A stretch of 64,000 nt of DNA from Flectonema sp. DT1601 (lineage: Eukaryota), in contig OZ025790.1 in assembly GCA_964019425.1 (NCBI GenBank), positions 62,001 to 126,000 of the forward strand, in the 5' to 3' direction. This document shows, piece by piece, positions 57,801 to 64,000 of the stretch. Within the stretch, counting starts at the first letter, position 1; every line of letters begins with the position of its first letter. The notes beneath the pieces are model-generated. The model made no database searches. It was not told where the DNA came from and was given only the letters and a program-made list of their open reading frames with translations. The position numbers and the translations under genes were made by a program.

Positions 57801-60140
57801 TGAGGAATCATCGTCATCATCATCATCATCGTCAGGTGCAGTTCCAGTTCTTGTTGTTTGTTGTGGTTGTTCTGGTAGAGGTTGAGTAGAGTTATTTGTG
57901 AGGGATTCAACTTCTGACTTCTCATCGTCAGATAAACCCTGTCTAGGGAATAGAGCATCAGTACTACGAGCTAATGCCGTCGCTTGATGAACGTCATCAC
58001 AGATGTCATTTGAGATATGGTCGTCTTCACAATCAAGAAAATCAGGAAAAATAGAAACATTTGGAGGCAGACCCCCATCACGTTCTGGAGTAAATGGTAC
58101 CGCATGAACAACTTCACCAACAGCCATTGATGGTGTGGATGGCTGAGACTGTGATATTTCTAACCCTTCAGGTGCTAATATTAAACAATCTGATAAATCA
58201 ATTAGATGAGATCTCATCGTAAATAAATACCAATGAGTCCAAAGGATATTCGAAGCACTTCTCTGTCGAACATAACAAACCCAATATGCCCACAGCGATG
58301 GCATTATCGTCATTGCAGTGATTAAGTTCATTACAATTAGTATAGCCATAAGAATACCAAATGATCTGACTGCAGGAATACTTGTTACTAAACCAGAAAG
58401 AAATGCTGCTGTTGATGTGCTTGAAGTTACTAACAATGCGAGACCTGCTTTTCTATTTGTGTAAGCAACACGTTGATCTAAAGGAACGATTCCATCATCT
58501 TGTCTGACGTCTAGAGAACCAGAAATGTCATGATTCTTCTTAACAACACCTTGCTCAACTGTTGCTGTGTCTGCCAGAGGAATGACATCACTCATTAGCG
58601 TTGATGCTAATTCTCTACCATATGAACCCCATTCTTTCTTTTTAGGTAAACCAACAGTATCCACACCAGCTATTTTACACATCACTGCCAATCTAAGTTT
58701 TATACTTGGCGTTACATATTCTGGTCTTAATCTGACATTCCAAGTTCCTAATACAAGTACTCCAGGACGCATGTAAATCATCTTTTGTAGAGATTCGATT
58801 TGTAAAGAATCCTCGTGATACCAAGAAAGTACTTGTTCGTCTTGATTGAAAACGATACGATGTTCTTCATTTTGATCGTCGATTATTGAGATCATCCTTT
58901 CTTCATCAGTTGCTTTCACTGCAGGAGACGATACAATAATTCCAGCTCTGGGTGCTGATGGAGGTCTTCTCGCGAATATGAAGGTTGTCGAGTACACAAA
59001 TATATCATCCACTCCGATTCCCAACATAATATAAAATGAAAGAACGTTTAAAGCTCCGAAATAAGTTTGTTGGAAGACGAGATTGTAAATAAGAACGCTT
59101 GCTGGAAACGATAACAGGAGTACAAAAATACAAAACGACGCGACGAAGAGAGATTTCAACATGAATAAAACAATAACAAAAATCAAAGCTAAAGACACCC
59201 ATGCCCAACGACTATCATCAATTAGGTGTTCGAACGCTTCTCTTTCAGTTACTATATCACCTCCCCAATAAAGTGTGATTCCTGATTCTTCAAATGGTTT
59301 CCACAGATCACGAATCTCATCTCTTAACTTCATAACTTCTCTTCTGATTACGTGTTCTTGTTTTGATTCTGGCGTACCATAACTATATCCTGAAATAGGA
59401 GAACCCAACACTATCTCTGATCTGAGTAGTTTCGTTGATTGATTTTCATAGTCCAAGTCATCTCCGAAAACCCATCTAATTTTACTTGAGCTCTGCATCG
59501 CATATGGAAATGCCTTCCCAATCCTATCGGGAGTCAGAGTCGTTGCATTCAATCCATCAAATATAATAGTGTCACCAGATATAGTTGGTGATGTGTATTG
59601 GATAAAACTAGCGATTGGGACTGGGAGAGATCCATCCAACATACAAAGTTCCTGATACTCAGTAGTGTTATAAATACGTTGTTCAAATCTTCGAACTATA
59701 TCAAGGCTAAAGGCTGTTAATATATTACTGTGTACTTCGTACATGAGTAAGATTCTCCATGTTGGAACGTTTCGAGCAGCAACGACTGATTGAGCGCCAG
59801 CAATATCACCAGTGTAGGCAGTTTGAGATAGCTTCCTGGAATTCCCTGCTGAAAATATGTATGGATTTGGGGCTTCAGAGAGTGGGTTGGTTCCTCTTCT
59901 TCCAACTTCTCTATTGTGAGAAAAATGATCTGACTCGATGAAGCCATCAAACATTAAATCAAGATCCAAATCACCAGCGATAAGTACAACGCATGCCGCT
60001 AATACCAATGGAATCATTGTAGTTAAAAACAACGTCCTAGCTGGGTGAACTGCTATCGTCTGACTCCACCATCCGGACTTGAATTCCTTCCCGAGGGAGG
60101 TCGACGTTCGGTCACCCAGCAACTCTTTACTCCCCTCCAT
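54819..60140 (-). CDS. Dispatched/Patched-family RND transporter with sterol-sensing domain, 1773 aa
   Basis: Two RND halves with GIGVDD (~59021-59004) and GIAVDY...H (~55244-55218), plus VTSSTSTAAFL, IPAVRSFG and AAATTIGS. About 12-13 TM segments. Confidence 0.92.
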   Translation of the reverse strand: MEGSKELLGDRTSTSLGKEFKSGWWSQTIAVHPARTLFLTTMIPLVLAACVVLIAGDLDLDLMFDGFIESDHFSHNREVGRRGTNPLSEAPNPYIFSAGNSRKLSQTAYTGDIAGAQSVVAARNVPTWRILLMYEVHSNILTAFSLDIVRRFEQRIYNTTEYQELCMLDGSLPVPIASFIQYTSPTISGDTIIFDGLNATTLTPDRIGKAFPYAMQSSSKIRWVFGDDLDYENQSTKLLRSEIVLGSPISGYSYGTPESKQEHVIRREVMKLRDEIRDLWKPFEESGITLYWGGDIVTEREAFEHLIDDSRWAWVSLALIFVIVLFMLKSLFVASFCIFVLLLSFPASVLIYNLVFQQTYFGALNVLSFYIMLGIGVDDIFVYSTTFIFARRPPSAPRAGIIVSSPAVKATDEERMISIIDDQNEEHRIVFNQDEQVLSWYHEDSLQIESLQKMIYMRPGVLVLGTWNVRLRPEYVTPSIKLRLAVMCKIAGVDTVGLPKKKEWGSYGRELASTLMSDVIPLADTATVEQGVVKKNHDISGSLDVRQDDGIVPLDQRVAYTNRKAGLALLVTSSTSTAAFLSGLVTSIPAVRSFGILMAILIVMNLITAMTIMPSLWAYWVCYVRQRSASNILWTHWYLFTMRSHLIDLSDCLILAPEGLEISQSQPSTPSMAVGEVVHAVPFTPERDGGLPPNVSIFPDFLDCEDDHISNDICDDVHQATALARSTDALFPRQGLSDDEKSEVESLTNNSTQPLPEQPQQTTRTGTAPDDDDDDDDDSSIISNTSGEEVSEVLFEEPMLFRIVGLQGALIRLEQSLTSDEVAELNTGDEVLVSEIIRNRARITAPYTGWISVMSEVAGGAILGEVEDEEETEEELSSDNEIALTPRSSILPEEQSQSQSQPQSQPQSRSQSPEGDDVQTGYAEHGTDPGTNISEESTTTKPDSPPTDRTSESDEFDGEGQSNSNDPIIRQMCDKYLWPFLRKFAKPLVILSGTLFLMAVVGCGQLQLSDNPTQIFPSGHRIEKYRNRDTLYGTTRACMERAVSNRCAPWSYEPKQLSHHTSCAGVLYGSDKLDPCGVCNGNGETCRKCDGTFTSDKVWACGSCVLSHLAKDTCIASAPQANNILKLEIKNKNSDISALSCADINTNEFTRSELSSAFGTDFSIAESILDRELPVFGGTLRLIDVSCLSSNAVVQIIGSFFMSINYIPAEVNSLMNTLQLATVSSKLKTELIISDFSVQHGPEEKAIGFDIFTAPPVRVITPTPPPISRREAKTLTGSTAPKKCNAFHTGSDCTQCLSSCTDIGGRCESNGLCRLCDQSLVSIITTNPRRVDPCGICGPDESGTWGGNAFGKSCANQCPAGQSRDDCGECGGNNLCKINAVNAIDTSTIEVSLLWGVDAANSKGILNGDSQQAVYDTNFNAALPTCQAHLASVCSYAKTTPLSFLQLNTTVCFMDLFRDWVHASGHKFPVAEEIFAEQVYRFLRSSSGLWDTYTKYVGFDSNNRITFIEFKFRGTVKVSAGARELKDHYDSWEEEVKYLNSPGAAVSCVTYQTSASWPDMFLEINALNSLVYSLCLAGLVAFGVVLVFLGDFWLTFFVMSTMLASMVATLAVFWTARWEVGPLEAVAVSVVIGIAVDYCVHLAHAWGQLWEYLNRNGYHDASREVVVHRIVVDLGLPLLAAAATTIGSTALLLACTIVPLTKFGLIMVISSTWSMLFSFFLFLPLLLALGPSVCWRRRSEFVRRVASIILGVAFLGSIIGLITALDVTMDETN

Positions 60141-60429
60141 GCTTTTCGTATTTTCTGGGCTCCCCGCTTCCCAACCTGTGAATAGGAACTCTTAAATATT
60201 GTTAAGTTTTATTTTTTCACAAAATGTCAAATAATAATATTACAAAGGTGTTGTTTCTTAATCTCAAAAGGTGTCACCTGGTATGATCATAAAATAATAA
60301 TTAGAAAGCAAAACAGTAACGTCACAACCACCAATCGTAGATACCAGCGACAATAAGAACTTTTCCTTTTTTTTTTTTTTTTCCCTGAGAAAACTTACAA
60401 GTAGGATTTCTCGTCGGCAATTGAGCAAT

Positions 60430-60654
60430 CATACCTATTTAAAGTTTGAGAATAGGTCGAGGAAACGATATCCCCAATGCCTCCAATCATTCGCTTTACC
60501 TGGCGTAACTCCTTTTATGGTTCCAGCTATCCTGAGGGAAACTTCGGAGTGAACCAGCTACTAGATGGTTCGATGGGTCTTTCGCCCCTATACCCAGCTT
60601 TGACGAGCGATTTGCACGTCAACACCGCAACGGACCTCCACCAGAGTTTCCTCT
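60430..60654 (-). rRNA. Isolated fragment of LSU (28S-type) rRNA, likely a pseudogene
   Basis: Minus strand carries conserved LSU motifs GAGGAAACTCTGGTGGAGG, GACGTGCAAATCG, GGGTATAGGGGCGAAAGAC, CGAACCATCTAGTAGCTGGTTC, CCGAAGTTTCCCTCAGGATAGCTG, GGTAAAGCGAATGATT and CCTATTCTCAAACTTTAAAT. Flanks are non-rRNA. Confidence 0.9.
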
Positions 60655-60878
60655 CCTTTTATTTTTTCCCTCTTTTAATTTCAAATGAAACTTTTTTTTT
60701 TTTTTTCCCTTTTCCTCCTCGTTGTTTATTAATTTCAGAAAGTTATTTGAGCCAATCAAAGAGGACTGTAATGAAAATATTAGTTGGTATTTATATCTTT
60801 TTATGTTGTGTTTTCTTTACCCTCAATTATTATAATTATTTTTGTTTCTTTTTTTTTCCGTTCATTCTTTCTTCCTCT

Positions 60879-60932
<54 letters not shown>

Positions 60933-63735
60933 GTTTGTCCCGACCGTGTGAGGAGTGAATTTGGGGGAAAAAACCAAAGTCAAAAGATTACAAAGCAAGA
61001 AATGAGAAGGGTGCCAAAAAAAAAAAAAAAAAAAAAAAAAAACATTCGAAACCACCAGAGTCAAATAGTAGTAAAGTGAATTCCTACCAATTTACAAATC
61101 GGACCAACAAAAACAAAAGCTCCTTACCACCCAACTGAAATAAAGCAATAATTTAGTGAGCCAGTCCAACAACAAATTTTATTGACAGAAGAAAAAAAAC
61201 CACTGTGAACAACAAAAAAAGAGAAAGAAAAAAAAATAGACCACTCAAGCCAAAGGCGAGACGATTACTTATAAAAATAAAAATAGAAAATTGGAAATCG
61301 CAGCGCGGATCAGAGGACTCTCCTGAAAGTGATCTGGTCCTGGTCCCTTTTGTGTGTACAAATGATGCAATAAACGTTTTTCTGGCTAACCGATTCCCGT
61401 TTGAAAGGCTCGTGGAAGAGAGGTTATCCGCAAGGTAATAATGGCAATGTAAGTTTACAGATATCTATAGACAGCGTACGATTCTTTGCTTACGGTTAAA
61501 CGCAAGGCTATAAAGCAGAAAAAGGTTAGTATACTTCCACAGCTGTCAGAGAGCAAAAGATCAGGAAGACTCACAGGGAACAACCACAAATGAACGTGTC
61601 CCGACTTTTCTGTGGCTTTTTTTTTTTTTTTTTGTGTGTGTTGTGCGTGGGTACAGCGATTGCACCCAACCGAAACAAGGACATGCTCCGTGTACAAGAT
61701 GAGGTGAAAGGAAAGAATGGGACGGAAGCGATGTTTTATATATAAAGGTTCAGTGATTCACTTCTGCATTATTGCAACTAATCAAAACAACTACCGGAAT
61801 AGTGTGTCCTATCAATAAGTAGAACAGGATTGTGACACCGTAACCTAACCTTTTTCGTTTGTTAGGATTTTATACCGCGTGTGCACAAAGCCACCTTGAA
61901 TTGGGGGGTTTCAAAATTGCCAACTCGTATGCATAATAAGAATAAAAAAAAACAAATTAAACCAATAAATTACACGACGCAATGCATCGCCAAGTAGCCT
62001 GGTTTTGATAGCCTGTGTTGTCTTATTTGGTATTATTTTTCTATGAGTTCAGCTGCTTTTGGGTAGGGAATAGGAAGAGATATTTAATAGCTGTGATTTT
62101 TTTTTCTCGACAACACAAAACCTTGGGTAGGAAATAAAAAGCAGACACATTTTGATCGTGAAGAAATATTTTTGTGTTTTTTTCTTTTTTTTTTTTTGTG
62201 ATCATTGAATATTGTTACTTTATTTATTTGTTTATTTTTTCCCCAACTCACTCGGAGAAACATTTTTTTTTTTTTTTTTTTTTTTGTTAGTAGCATTCGG
62301 AACTGTGGAAGTGACTGAGAGAGAGAGAAAACGGGAAGGAAAAAAATAAAAATAACGAACCAGAAACAAGATTCTTGGCCTCCCTATTGATCATTTATAA
62401 AACACAAAAAATAATTTTGTCTGCGCCTCACTTGAACTGCAAGTCTGTTGGAAACTTAAAATTAATCTCTATTGCTGTAGTCAGTTTAGTCAGCTTTGAC
62501 AAAACCGAGTTGCTAAGAAAGGATGGATTTCGTATAAAAAATAAAAAACGACGTTAGCTTAGTCAATCAAAAAAAATCGTAGGAAAACAAACAAACAATG
62601 GTTTGGTTTCGGGCTAAAATTGACCACCGGGTCGGGTAGCTATTTGAGGGTCTCCAAAACTGCGGTAGAATGTTGAACCTAATCTCAAGAGAAATACTTC
62701 ATTAGAACAATATTGAATGCAGTTTTTTTATAAAAAAGTTTTCAGCACCTCGTCCGACCAATTCTTCTGTTGATTGAACTGTTTAGTACAAAAGAAAAAA
62801 AAAATTTAAAAAAAAAAATAGAACAAACACCCGGACGCTATTTAAAAAAGAATGAAGACGACAAAGAGGGATTAAACGTAGAGGGAAAAATAAAACATAA
62901 AGTTTGCATCCCCCAAATGGAGCTACTCTTAGTCAATAATCATTTGTTTTTTTATTTTTGTATTATTTATCCAAGTCCCCCCTCCTCTCCCTTGTTTCTG
63001 TCATTCGCACATCGAATTCCCAAAAAAGGTAAATCCTCAAACACATCTAAAAATAAGAGGGGAAATATCCCTCAAACTGCTCATCAATTAAAAGGAAGGA
63101 AAAGGAACACCTCTTCTTGATGTCCCCATAGGAATCGTTAACTTGTTCTCTCGATGAGGCGACTCAGTTTCAGTCGACTACAAAAACAGTTAACTACACA
63201 ACAGAGAGATCCAACGTGACACACTTTCGGAAAAGTAAAGTGAAGCGAATATAGAAAGGTGAAATATGAGTTCTACTGTTTTAGTTCAATTGCGTAATTG
63301 GGAATTACGAAAAAATGTAAAAAAAGACATAATTGACTCTTCACCATTACAAAGAAAACAAGTCGTGCTGTATGGTTATCACATTATCCCTGGTACAGGT
63401 GAGTAGATGGGTTGTCTTTTTTTTTTTTGTTTGTTTGTTTGTTTGCTTTGAAGGGAAAGACAATTTCTTCGAACAACACAAGTCGCACAGTGAAAAAAAA
63501 AAAAATTTTTTTTCCAACTCAAGAGGTGTAAGGGAAGATTCTGCTACACAGCAGGAAAGAATAAAACAATCAAAATATAAAGTTAAACAGCAATATGATC
63601 AAGAAAAAAAAGAATAAAAAAAATTTAATTGAATCGCCAGTACGGAAAACTAAGTACAGTGATGAATTTATGCTGCTTAACTTTCATTGTTTTTCTTCGT
63701 TTCAATCAAAGTGTCTTTATACAAGTAAATGTCAA

Positions 63736-64000
63736 TTAAATCATAATAATAAAAAACCACGCTGAAATTAAACAACAGAACAGGAGGTTTGAGATTGTCA
63801 GAAAGCTACCAAAAATGGGTACTGCAGGATACGGATACTCAAATGCCTTTATAGGTACGAAGGGAAAACTACGTAAACCCTTAGCGTAATCACCGACCAA
63901 AAAAAACGAAGTAGGGGCTGCAAACATCAAAAGAGAGAATGGAATCGCGACAAAGGGCAAAAAAAGATATTGCAATGATTCTTTGCAATAGAAAACGTAG
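63736..64000 (-). CDS. Probable 3' end of a membrane protein gene that begins beyond the window
   Basis: The frame is open from the window edge (YVFYCKESLQYLFLPF...) to TAA at 63736, with two hydrophobic segments, on the same strand as the cluster. Confidence 0.5.
   Translation of the reverse strand, partial: YVFYCKESLQYLFLPFVAIPFSLLMFAAPTSFFLVGDYAKGLRSFPFVPIKAFEYPYPAVPIFGSFLTISNLLFCCLISAWFFIIMI

Overview
AT-rich eukaryotic genomic DNA with many homopolymer runs. All 18 host protein-coding genes I can support (one of them partial at the window edge) lie on the minus strand. Most are intronless, many have a U-rich tract plus AG shortly upstream of the ATG, and there are four short GT-AG introns. 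This looks like a euglenozoan directional gene cluster, most like a diplonemid (inference). Recognisable products: a p24/TMED cargo receptor, a DnaJ membrane protein, a ubiquitin-like + LRR protein, an atypical MAPK-like kinase, a myosin, IFT25, a Dispatched/Patched-type RND protein, a Thr-rich secreted repeat protein, and a 1807-aa protein with a docking domain, about 9 globin-like units and a cytochrome b5 domain. Non-coding and mobile content: a near-identical 2.55-kb direct repeat at ~5.5-kb period, a 2992-bp TIR element with a 6-bp TSD that carries a tRNA-derived Pol III cassette, a 1.8-kb internally deleted Sola-like DNA transposon, a perfect (CAA)266 tract and an orphan LSU rRNA fragment. 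The most notable observations are the multi-globin/cytochrome b5 protein, the contrast between A/C-rich cis-intron acceptors and U-rich pre-ATG acceptors, the TIR element, and the modular shuffled LRR array. All family assignments come from motif recognition by eye; no searches were run.
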